DNA of 64,000 bases from Raillietiella orientalis (Eukaryota): contig JAYWIR010000021.1 in the NCBI GenBank assembly GCA_036172245.1, positions 434,001-498,000 of the forward strand, read 5' to 3'. Shown piece by piece: positions 52,388 to 64,000 of this stretch. Position 1 is the first letter of the stretch; each line of letters starts with the position of its first letter. The notes below the pieces were generated by a model that saw only the letters and a program-made list of their open reading frames with translations, was not told the DNA's origin and did not search any database. The position numbers were made by a program, and so were the translations under genes.

Positions 52388-52799
52388 CCGTTGTTCCATT
52401 TTCACTTTACCAAAGGTGAGACAGCACGGAACAAAAGTCAAAGATTCTTCATTTCCGGATGTTTATTCTTTCGGCTTCCTTTTTTTACACGATTGGTTCG
52501 GTGTTTTGAAAAAAGAGAAGCAGAAAACTGACTCAGTAGGGACAGTTGAGCGATTCGAAATGTTTTTGCAAACCGTGCACAGATGCGTGCACTTTATGGG
52601 TATCGACAAACCTCACTTATGTGAATCGGAAAGTACGAATGCTTGAAGAGTCCAAATGCAACTTTTGTATCTTATAAGGCTTTTCTTTTAAGCATTGCCT
52701 TCGAAAGAGGACTTTGCCAGTAGAAGAATCCTTCCACAAGTACCGTTTTTTTTCTTTTTTTTTCGAAAACTCAGAGATAATGTGAACCTGCTGGATCGG

Positions 52800-53400
52800 T
52801 TTCTTCGAAGAAACGGATCAAAGATACATTAAATCGTTCTTATTGAACACAGATGGAAGAAAAGAAAACCTTTCCTATAAATAAGGACACGCGAAGTCGC
52901 CTTTCGCAATGGTCCCATCCGATTCAGGACGGAGGAACCGAACCAACAAATGGCGATCTGATAAGATAGTTCACGCATGATAAGAATAATTGAATGGAGA
53001 AGCCCACAGTGGATCTGTGAGAAGCTGCCAATCTTTCTGGAAAGGGTGACTTCGTCGCACGAGCACCTTCGATGACGATTTGTCGCTGGGAAATGCCCCG
53101 TAGCAGGTCGAGCCCTCAAAGATGGAGAAGAAATCCGACCTGGTGAAATTAGTCACTGCACCAACGGGTGCCGAATCCGAATCCTTCCGACAGACAGACC
53201 GACACTCGCTGAGGGTGGACGTCCGACTTGTAGGGGTGTTCTGCAAGCGTTCCCGAGCAAGTTGCTCATAGAATGACTCATAGGCAACCTTAGCCCCCCA
53301 TTGGTGCATGATGACGTAGAAGGCCCTCGCTTCCGCAATCCTCACTGCTTTGGTCAGTTTCTGTGCGGGGGGTGGGGGAGGGGATCGGCAAATTCATGCC
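52800..53400 (-). mobile_element. Decayed Merlin/IS1595-like transposase relic (N-terminal half)
   Basis: FYVIMHQW..LSECRSVCRK..APVGA..RSDFFSIF (cf. LIY.W..FNFCREVC..PIGG..EIDES.F). Confidence 0.5.
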
Positions 53401-53599
53401 GTTCCGAGAGCAATACATTTTGGAACCATGAGATTCCTAATTAAGAAGATCGGTAACATTCGTAAGAGGCGATGCTGCATGTTCGGACTTGGTATTTATA
53501 CCGAGCTTCTGACTCACCTGTGAGTGGAAATGACCGTACTTTGCAAAAATTCCGAGATTATCCTAAGGATCGGAAAACGAGGGACGAGGTTGCACTTGC

Positions 53600-54300
53600 T
53601 TTTGGCCATTTTGTACTCGAAGAATTATAACGTTCGCTACTGCTAATCAATTTCAGCTCAAAGATCGGTACATGCAAGAACTGAGCTCTCGAGGAAGCAC
53701 CAGACAAAGGATAGAGCGGAAAAGGGACGAATACTTTCTCTGAATTATTTCAGTCCAGAAAAAATTACCAGATTGGTATCAAATTTCGTAGTGAAGTTGA
53801 TGATAAGTACAGCTTTTCTTGCACGTGTAGGCATGCATGTTTATTCAATACCATCGAGTTCCTCATTTAAACAGCAGAAAGCATTCTACTGAAGCACGTT
53901 CTGACACGCTTGCTTACTGCTCATCAGAGCTTTTGGCGGTTTTGTCAGCGAGTCAATACCGTTGCCTTTTTGCCTTCGATCCGCTCCCTCTCACATTCAG
54001 TCACTAAAACGTGGGCTGTGCACGCCATGCCATCCGATCATCCTTTAGTCGGGTGTAAGGCCTTGTATTCAATCATTTCGGAAAAAGGTCAAAAACGCCG
54101 TTCCCACAATGAAAGGTCAGGATGTTTCCTTTCAAATGAGATGTGCACTTTATTTCAAAGGAAATCAAAGTCCCTCACTGGAAAATCAAAGACCATCATG
54201 ACCGACAAAATGAGGAAAATGGAAGCACAAAGGTTCCGTTCAAAGGTTGCTGCTGACCGCACTGGATGAAGTCGCGGCGGCAGAAGGCGTAAAGAAACCC
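53600..54300 (+). mobile_element. Decayed Merlin/IS1595-like transposase relic
   Basis: FWRFCQRVNTVAFLPSIRSLS..HAMPSDHPLVGCKALYSIISEKGQKRRSHN, colinear with the ISXO2-like core. Confidence 0.45.
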
Positions 54301-54379
54301 ACGACCCCAACTTTCCATTAGGTTCCGTAGGGTTATAAAGAATGCCTCCGCAGCGATATTCATGATCGAAAAGCTCAGC

Positions 54380-54750
54380 CATTCATTTTCTCACATAATT
54401 GAAACGGGGAGCACAGATGAAACCAGAAATGCGAGCCGCTGAGGTAGCGAGTTGCCAAGAGCACAAACTCATATAAAAATTAGCATCCTGGAGAGTAATC
54501 CAGAATCCGAAGCAGAATCTAATCCTATTCCATTGAAGACCCGGTGGCAAACACGGATGCACCTCCCGATAACCGTTATGATATTCCATTACGATGAGAT
54601 ACTTTTGATCGCAGTAGATTGTAGATACAAAAGTTGCAGTGTGCTCAATCAAGTCCGGCTTTTTTCGGTTGAAGGATGCAGTTTTCGACACCTACTGTGC
54701 ACATTTTTTACTACTTTCATTTTTTTTTTTCTTTGTTATCAGCAGGAGCA
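54380..54750 (-). mobile_element. Decayed Merlin/IS1595-like transposase fragment
   Basis: NRKKPDLIEH..STIYCDQKY..HNGYREVH (cf. NRS..TL...GSTIYSD.W.AY...GY.H). Confidence 0.4.
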
Positions 54751-57138
54751 ACACACAGTAACGGCACTCGGGAGCCATTTATGATTAAATAACCATTATT
54801 CAGGATTCTACTGCTCGTACGTGCTCATGGAATTTGTAAGGCATTTTTTGTCGTCACTTCTCACCTCGCTTTATTTCAATGTAAAGCTTTACCAGAAAAT
54901 AAACTATTCTAAATACATTTGCATGCATATTACGATTGTCCAGCTGGTAATACTGCATCGTGATTTCGAACACATTCTTCAATTAAGGATATGTTCCAAT
55001 TTAATGAATAAAATTCAGTCATTTCAGTTTCTTCGTACGAACGGGAATCAAAACGAAAAGCTCCATGCAGGATTTATGAAATTCAAAACTGAATGCGTCA
55101 AGTTGTTTTCATTTCTGATTCATATTGAAATCATGGACACTTCATTCAATTGCATGAAATGAAGCCAAAGTAGAATTTGTTCTTGTCGCAGTAATGGGAG
55201 CAAAAATATGCAAACAATTAACAATCGAATGCCCAATGTCTTCCCATCATAACGTATGGCAGTTTTCCGTTTCAATTACTACCGTTTTCGGACTTTCCAA
55301 ACCCTGCCGTCTAGCAATCGTAAAATAGACAAATTATTTCGTGGATCGGAATTTTGCTTGCAAGATATTTCATTAGAATGTTAAATTAGACTGATATCAT
55401 TTAAATGATGTCAAATACATTTGGATCTATCGAATTTAGATCCATTTAATGAAGTTGGTTTGAAGTTTATTCCATGCGATGCTGTACCGTGTTCAATCTA
55501 ATAAGAGCTACTGTTTGGGTTCCAAATGTGTACAAAGTACAAAATTAGAATAAAGTCTGCTAATTCTAGATATTTTTTCGATCTTAGATGCCATTATTAT
55601 TCAAAACTTTTCCTTTTCCAATTTCCTAAAGCATCATGCATCTGTCACAGTGACTTAAGATAAAAGCCATATATTGACAATCGTAATCTTCAGAATGCAG
55701 TTACGCATTCTTTAAATATGCTTTTCGCAACATTTTTGCAACTGAAAAAAAACGAAATTCTCCTTTTGCAGCAGAGTTTTTTATCATTTATTAATTTGCA
55801 AATAAGACTAAACTAAGAGTCATGCATGACGTTCTAAAAAGTGCATGAATACCTACTACACTTAATTCAACTCTACTTTCCCATAAGATTAACTCGTATT
55901 TTCAGCGTTTCAAACTCGTATTTATCTAGCTCATTGATGATTTTAATCCATTTTTGTCAAATGTGATCAAAGCGTTTGCACAGATAACACAACAAAGCTT
56001 GCCTTCGTTTACAAACAAAGCTTTCTTAGAAATTTTGCTCCTTGGCCTTTGGCAACTAAGATGCAGAACATGAAGTTTATTCTCTGAGCATCTCTTTGCA
56101 TTTGAATTGCATGCTCATAAAATCAAAATTCATGTTCTCGTTTTCGATTACCATTTCAACAAGCATTTCTGATCCTATTGTTTTTGCCGAACGAAAAGCA
56201 TTTCATGTGGTATGTAAATCATACACACAGTTTCCCATAAGTTTATTGTCGTTGAACAGCAATGCAAAACATTTGGAAGGTTTCTCTCTTAAGACTGGAA
56301 TAATTATAGAGGGATCAGTAATAAAATCCACCAATGAATTTGTAGAGTGGATGTTTGCAGCTCCAACTCACTAATATTATTAAGTAAGAGTTTGTAAACA
56401 ATTCCTTGTGAATGACCTCGCAATCTCCTTGCTTTTCGTGTGAGCATCGACTTTCAGCAAACTAATTTTTCGTTTCTTAAATAATAACTACATATGTAGT
56501 GCGAAGCATTAGAGGTTTGGGAATCTTATTATTTTAAATGAGCACTGTTATTGCAAACTTTCCTACAAACCTTGATCCTCACTTCATAGAATTTTCACAA
56601 GCCTGCATACAAAGACACCAAATATGTGTAAGATGTGCCGAGTGTTTGTACTTCCAGAACTTCAGAACTGCAATCTATTAAATCCAAACTAGTGTGAAGG
56701 CTATTAAAGAAAGCACAGCAGTTTTATACGTATTTAAAATTAAGTTTGGTAGTAATGGTCACATGTAACACAACAAACAAATCAGTAAGATACCTGCTGA
56801 TTTGAAAAATTGCTACGATGACGCGCGCGTGTCTTAACCGCATTGTGATAATTTCTATATATTCTTAGAAAAAAATTGGAAAGATTCTAGAAAAAAAAAA
56901 AAAAAAAAAAGCAAAAAACAGCGTCCATAAGTTCAAGCACAAGAAATTTCTTGTGAATCCATTTCATATGCTTTTATAAGAGGCAATATTCATGGTTTTT
57001 AAGAATAGCAACTATGTAAATTATAATTTCATCAGAAATGATCATGGCTTAGTATACGTACCTTGGCAATTGTGCAAATTGATATTTGAAATATCTGCAG
57101 TTAGATTCCTTGAAATTAGGTTTATGTTGATAAAGAAT

Positions 57139-59112
57139 ATGGAAAATTCAAAGAATATGCAGATGATCCCATCACCATCTCCAGTAAAATCAGAAGAAAA
57201 TCATGAAGCTGACATTCGTGAGGTAACACTTGCACCAGTTTTCTTTGAAAGCACCAATTCTTGTTTTGAAGTTGAAAACTTCCAACTCGGAACAAACTTA
57301 TTGATGTTCTCTAATTTTGGATTGAGTGATGTGGCCCAAACTAATAATATAATTAATAGTGGTTAAACAAGTAAAGGTTTGGGTATGAAAAAAATTGCGA
57401 TCGTATTCTTATAGTTTATTTTCATTGCACCCCTTTACAAATTGCTGATAGCGTACTAGTGTGCTGATTTTGCAAACCAATTTCCCGAAGATATTTTTGA
57501 CCCAACATAACAGAGAAGCAGGTTCTGCTGCATCCTCCACTCATATTAAAGCAAAGCAATCAGACGCCTTTCAATTGAAAGTTGCAAAGTTACATGTAAT
57601 AGTTGGGATTTCTGTTACGTTGCAACAAGGACCGTATGTTAAAAAAAAAAAATAATAGTTATTGCTAATTATCGTATCTGCACATTTGTTTCACGTAGAG
57701 TATTTTCTTACATTTTTGTTATGCAGTAGGGATTATGATGAAAACTTTCCATAAAAAAATTTGTAAAGTTCATCATCGAGTCATTTAGTCTGGTTACAAT
57801 GACAGATAACTCAGATTTAACCCATTAGAATAATAGTGTATAGTACCCCCTGGAGCGCAAATTCCACTATCGACAATGAATTGAATGGAACCTGTTGGTT
57901 TACATTGAATTGGCAAACCCACTGGGATGACAGAGCAATTTTGATCTCACTGTAGGATTATTTATAAAGCAACTAAGACAACTTTGACCCCATTAAATAA
58001 AACATGCATGGTTTGTGAATGCTGAAGGTCGCAACACATCCTAGTGATACAAATATATGTGGATTACATAGTATGCTATTTTGTTGGCCCATAATATTTT
58101 ACAATGTGATTCATGCTCATTGTACCCAAATTTTCAGTATAGAAAATGGCTTAAACCACAAATTACTGTAGATATCATTGAAAGAATGAAAGCTCTGATA
58201 TGTATAGTAGAATCAAGTGATGATGCCGAAGAAAAATCCACAGCCACATTGGAACTGCTAGAGATTGTTCACAGCATAGACCATGCTATAGGTTTGGTGG
58301 GTACATATAGGAATGGGAGCTGACAAATTTTTTCAAGATTTCTTTAAGTGCAATGGTTTCCGAATTCTGATACCAGGCTTACAGTCGAGTTCAGATATTA
58401 TACGTATACAAACAGCTGATCTGATTGGTGTGTTGTCTCAAAATAATGATTACTGTCAGCTTGAATTATTGAATCTTGGTATGCTACCAATCCTGCTACA
58501 ATTATTGGAAAAAGACCCTAATGAGTTGGTGAAAGAAAAAGCTCTATTTGCCATATCTTGTAAGTTAGAAAAAAGTTTGCTAGTAGACATGGGTGCAGGT
58601 ATTACAAGGTCTTGCAAATGTGGTGAAAATGAGTTTGATGATCTTAATGGGTACCAAATTTTACTAACTACGCTGCAACACCCAAGCAGAAAACTATACG
58701 CAAAATGCTGTTTTCTTTTAAGTATTTTATGCCAAAATAATGTGGATGTTCAAGGTATCTAAAGTTTTACTGAGTAAGAAAATATCTTTTGCATAGATAA
58801 ACTTTCGAAAATGGGATTTATTGAAAAGTTGATCATTATGCTCCAAAAACAGCATGAGGCATGCCATGAACATATTGCCTTGATCCTTCTGCATTTGGTA
58901 AAAAATGAAGCAGCACTTGAGTATTGCCAGAAACCCGAAATAAAGCTACAAGAGTTTCTGAAAAATCGCCTAGAAGAATTAGAAGCTCATGAAGAGCATG
59001 CTGTAAGCCATAATTAGCTGTTTGTTTACTTTACTGATATTATCAGGAAGAGGTGCAGTATCTAAGGGAGCTGAAAGAGATCTGTTTTGCAAATGACCAT
59101 CACGACAAATAG
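57139..59112 (+). CDS. HSPBP1: Hsp70-binding protein 1 (HSPBP1/Fes1 nucleotide exchange factor); exons 57139-57222 (less certain), 58138-58291, 58338-58559, 58599-58754, 58797-59002, 59047-59112
   Basis: [56 protein letters not shown] armadillo-type motifs; introns of 46, 39, 42 and 44 nt keep the frame. Confidence 0.85.
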
Positions 59113-59167
59113 TGGCATAAAAGCAGAATGCATTTTGAGTAACATCTACTAAACAGGTTCACATGCA

Positions 59168-61876
59168 TCAATTTGCTGTACCCAACTCCTGTAACTGGAA
59201 TTATGATTATGATGATCCAACAGACATTTACATAAAAGGCTCTTACTTCCTGTTCATCGTCGACTTCATCTTCATCTACTTCTGATGGGGCTGGAGTGTT
59301 GCCACGAGAAGATGTTGGGGAGGGTGGTTCAGAAATAGGTCGTGGATATTTGAATCTGCTTGTGGCCTCCACATAGGTGGTATGGAAATCTGGCCATACT
59401 CGACTTAATGCTAGATTTCGGGCTTGCTGGTAGTACTATGAACAAAACTCAAGTTATACGAATCACACAAATCTTGCCATAATTAGGTTACGCCAGTCCA
59501 ACAGGTCACTCAATCTCTCAGTACGATTTCGCTGGATAATGCGCTGTCTGCGATTTAGGCGCGTAAATTCATAAAGATAATTGGCAAGCTGTTGAACCGA
59601 CTCCTCCAGGGACTTAAATCGTCGATCAACAATATAGATGCCATATGACTGAGGATCAGCCACATTCTCTTGCATAAAACAACCGAATCCTATCATCAAT
59701 TACCAATGAATATGCTAATACCAATGAAAATAAAGGCACTTTTACCAGATAAATTTGTTGTCACTGATGGAATACCCATAACAGTACATTCAGCAGGGGT
59801 GTAACCCCATGGCTCATAATAAGAAGGAAACACTCCTAGGTGGCATCCACGCACAAATTCTTCATAATCAATCCCAAATAAGGGGTTTGTTGAAGAAAGA
59901 AACTCTGGATGAAACACAACCTTCAAGAAAAAGAAAAACGGATCTTGTTTTTTCGTCACTAAACAAAATTACCTTAACGCGATCGTGTCTATTGTTGAAT
60001 AAGTTACAGCGTCTAACACTGTTCAACACGGGATCTGACATATCATCGCTGATATTATGCGTAGTAACAGGTGGTAAAGATTTTCGTTGGAGTGCAAATA
60101 AACATCTTTTTAGACGGACTCTGTCTTCATTAGATATCACCTCGTGTTCCTCTGGTAAGCGACCCCTAGAATTTGATATATCGAGAAAATTCATATTATA
60201 CAGGAAATGCATCTTACATCAAACAAATCTCATACATCTTCTTCCCAATTTTCTGCTGGATGTCAGTAATTGTCTCACGTAATTGCTTTGTGCTGGCTTG
60301 GCCACGTAAAGAGTCCACATTAAAGCTATAATTGTGAGTGGGAAAAATAAGAAAAGCAATGACTGTTTTATCTGAGCTTGAATTGCGCATGTAATGGTTA
60401 AGGCGTGCTAAAGCTTCTAGAAAAATGTCTGCTCCTTTATTGCCAAACTCGTATCGTCCAGCTATGAAGAAATATAGAGTGCGATCCAAATCAAAATCTA
60501 TGTGTCTATGATTACATTTAGCTGGCTCAAATTAGAAAAATCACTAACCCATAGAAATGGCCTCTCACAAATTCATGAATTTTTTCTTTTGCCACAGAGT
60601 GCAAATTCTGAAATTCATGTATGGCAGCAAACTTTTTCACATTCAGTCCATTTGGTGTGACAATGTCAGGCTTTCGTTTCAACAGATGTTGGGCTTCCAA
60701 TGCAGTGATATCTGACACAGTTGCAAATACATGTGCCAAGTGAGCTGCAGCACGCTCAATACAGTAACGATGATAAATCTGGCGTTTCCCTGCTTCTTCA
60801 TCAACATTAAACTATTAAGAGCACATGTCCCCAATCACACATATGCTGTTACCATTTCATTCTTACTTGTGATAAATTATTGTAAAAGTCCACATTTCCA
60901 GCACATAAAAATCTACCAAGCAAAGTTGCATGAGTTGTGAAAACAGTGGCTACATCAATGTGCCTCACTCTGGCAACAATCAATCCAACTCCTGCCAACC
61001 ATTCATGGAAGTGGACAACTATTTTGGCCAGTAAACTGAATGTTTCATAAGCCTCTTCCGTGAACTTTCAAAACACAAAACAGGGAAATGAACAATTCCA
61101 TGAGACAACATACCTAGCATAAATGAAAATGCATATTCCTAGTAGGTAGACATGGGAAAGGAAGAATGTAAAGGGTTGGAACAAATAATCTGAAACCAAT
61201 TATGCTTTCAGCAATGAAAGAAAATATAAACAGGCAAATAGAAAAGAAGATTTTGTCATACATATTCAAAAAATTCAGCAATCAAAAAACCAAATATAAG
61301 GGAATCATTGCATTCAGTATCCTCCCAAGGGATTCCTATACTTGCAGCTTCCCAAAGCTCCTTCTTGTAGTCATGTAACTTCCACGAGGCTGATCCAATA
61401 TCAAATAAAATGACTTGTGGATTTCCTTCAACCAGCCAGCGGCCTGTGTGCACCTAAACGGAATTGTTCGAAAGGGATTTCTTTTTAACCCGAACAGGCG
61501 ATTCTACCTGGAAACCGCGTTTCCTCATTTTCTCAACCGACTTTTTAATCGGGTGATCATCGGCAAATTCGATCAACTCTACTTCCGTTTTGGCTTGTTC
61601 TTTATACGGTCCAATTAGGCAGTACTGGTCGCCCATTTCTTCCACGGATAGGCCGGTCTTGGATCTTATTACCGTGTATATACCCCCGACTTGAATCATC
61701 CTGTGTACAAAAAGCATGCTATAATATAAACGAAGGGTCCTACCTTTATTAGAGACTTCCCAGGACACTTCGAACGTCCAGGCATTGTGCTGGGCTGCCG
61801 ATCCGCCCTGATCGTACAGAGACAGATCTTTGATGCTGTCTATTCTGTAGAATCTCCGATACGATTTCGAAGTCAT
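59168..61876 (-). CDS. GYS: Glycogen synthase; exons 61876-61744, 61689-61508, 61453-61262, 61064-60867, 60811-60549, 60505-60218, 60165-59973, 59920-59746, 59689-59478, 59435-59247, 59194-59168
   Basis: [94 protein letters not shown]. Confidence 0.97.
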
Positions 61877-62146
61877 GCTGGTGTGCTACTCCCACGAACA
61901 CGAACACTCGGACAGCACCTTCCTCTCCAACGCAGGCAACCACTTTCGGTTTGACTTACAACTGCAGTTCAATGTCGCGTAGCAGCTTTTAAAAAGTGTT
62001 TCACAGCTCTTTCGCTCCCTTTTGGGGGACAAAAGGGAAGTTCCGAGGGAACCACCACCGCACAGGCTTTAATTCGTTAGCAGCGCGACTTTTCCGATTT
62101 GGCATTTGTCTCTTTTTTTCCTTTTTTTTTTCTTTTTTTTTTTTTG

Positions 62147-62202
62147 TTGCTGCTGCTGCTGCTGCTGCTTTTCCTTCCCCCCCCCCCCTCCTCCTCCTCC
62201 CT
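62147..62202. repeat. (TGC)n / C-rich low-complexity tract upstream of glycogen synthase
   Basis: Direct read. Confidence 0.85.
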
Positions 62203-62849
62203 ATGACACCGTTGCTGCTGGGTGCACGATACTTCACGCGGAACAGGAAAACGAAAATCTCCGTTCTATAAATAAAAACAGCTCTCCTCGAGTCTGATTC
62301 TGCATGGCCATTTCATCGCCGTCTGATTTCCATCTCATTCCGTGATTGAGTGCACCGAAGTCCCGGGCGGAAGTGGAAATAAGTTAGGAAGCCGTTCGAG
62401 CAGTTGGCAGGCCTTAATGGCGAGTTATCATTTTGAGATCATCAGCGCCAGAAGCTGCACGAGGACCACGTGGGCTTTTCTCAGAATAACTAGAAATGCA
62501 GCTACTGGTTTGCGTGTGTCGCAAACACACATTAGTGTACAATGCATTTATTTCATCCTTGCTGGTAGTAAGGCATCACACACACGAGAACGAGAAGCAA
62601 GCAGAATCGGCGTCTGCAGTGCTTCGACATGAGTAGGCGAGGTGGACCGTAGAAGGGAAATCCTCCTTAGAAAGCATAAATTCGGAATCGTACAGACAAA
62701 TCAGCCAGTAGAGGAATTATTCGTTTTCTTTATTCGTTGATTTCAAAAAGGGAAAAGCGGATCGAAATGTGAGGAAACGATCACGGTGTTGGTTTCACAC
62801 TTCAGCAGGTATGTGATTCTTTCACGTTGATGGGGTCACAGAGACCCAA

Positions 62850-63800
62850 TTTGCTTTCGTATTATACTGCTTCCTCCAAATGCTCTTTAGAAGGAATGCT
62901 CTTGTAGGATGCGAAAGAGTTCGGTACAGCCAATCATATTGGTCTTGAAAAAATGGCTGAACACGTGGTCCAGATGCGACGAACGTGGCAGCGCTGGTTG
63001 TAGAATACCAAATAATCGGGCCAACGTATTGAGAGCCGCGGCTGCAGGATTCTTTGGATAAGGAATCTCTTTCTTTAGCACGGTTTTCCATCAAAACCCG
63101 TGGAAACGAAGACTGCACTACCGAGGAAGAGCCACTGGATTTGCTTCTTGCCAAAATCAAACTATTTCAGGATGTGATCGCATTTTCTTTCCGGCGCTTC
63201 GGTGCTGACATTTATCAAGGATTTGTTCACCAACATTTCCTCGCTTAAGCAACTTGCTGCAATGTTTGCTTCAGCAAGCAAGCAAACACTGCAGTCTTGA
63301 AAGTGCCTCAGTTGGCTGCTCGACACAGGCCGGGAAATTATGGGGCAGGCGGGCCTTCCACCGGTAGCACGGGGATGCCTCCAGCACTCGTCTTCTTCCA
63401 CGAGCATGTTTGCATCTGATCCCTGGGAAAAAAATTGCCATCCATCATTATGAATTTCCATTCGAGCAGAAAATTCCCGTGTTGTGAATAATATTGCCAA
63501 CATGCTTATTTTTTCTAAGCATGCATCAATTCAAAATAAAGTCCTCCTTAGAGATCGAGCAATGGCGACCGATACGAGAGGTTTAAAATACATGTTACTC
63601 GCTTGACACATGTTGCTTTCGTCCTTCCTTCTTGATTATGTGACATCCCATGCGAGGAAAGGAACTTTCCGGAAATTTGGGGAACCCTGAGATAGGCGTG
63701 GGCAGCTTTCGGCTGGTCGCAGCATTCGTGAAGGATACGCACAAACTGTCTGCATGGATTTATGAGGCAAAAGATTACTGACGACAGAAATGCTTAGAAA
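62850..63800 (-). mobile_element. Decayed Merlin/IS1595-like transposase relic
   Basis: In order: CCDQPK, TTREFS, MLVEEDEC..GGRP (cf. IVEIDES..RGR), CDHIL, LNTLARLFGILQPALPR (cf. TNTIERLW..LPR). Confidence 0.55.
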
Positions 63801-64000
63801 ACGGATATTCCAATGGGGAGGCGGAAATCCAAATCACCCATACAAAGGAAGTGTCAGTACATCAGCACAACTTTGAAAGAGGAATCAGATGAATTGGTGG
63901 GTAGTAACTCAACAGATGAAAAACATGGAATCACAGCCGTCCACCCATTGAATGGAGTGGAAGCTCATTATTGCCTATAATTGTAGTAAATGTTGCGGTA

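Noticed and set aside
1..64000. CRISPR array, prokaryotic operons, intact transposase or reverse transcriptase, TIR/TSD pairs
   Set aside because: None seen; the sequence is intron-containing eukaryotic DNA and the element ends are too decayed to call by eye.

Overview
Eukaryotic, most likely non-dipteran arthropod DNA (inferred from a tipE gene, an epsinR/Tel2 fusion locus, ZNF143/76 and a cytosolic ferritin with no signal peptide). Seven compact, AT-rich genes can be modelled by hand: lqfR/CLINT1 with Tel2 as a nested alternative exon, RPS10, tipE, ZNF143/76 (Staf), ferritin H, HSPBP1 and glycogen synthase. Most introns are only 38-58 nt, one appears to be GC-AG, and several skip a stronger-looking upstream AG. 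Two things are not explained by the genes. (1) Much of the intergenic DNA appears to be tiled, on both strands, by about 25 heavily decayed ~0.5-1.2 kb copies of a Merlin/IS1595 (ISXO2-like) DDE transposase; these were recognised by eye from fragmentary motifs in the correct order, and none is intact. (2) Three diverged copies of an ~0.8-0.9 kb element have a tRNA-like head (B box) and a long hairpin-rich body whose helices seem preserved across copies, a candidate undescribed structured-RNA/SINE family. All homology calls come from remembered motifs, not database searches.
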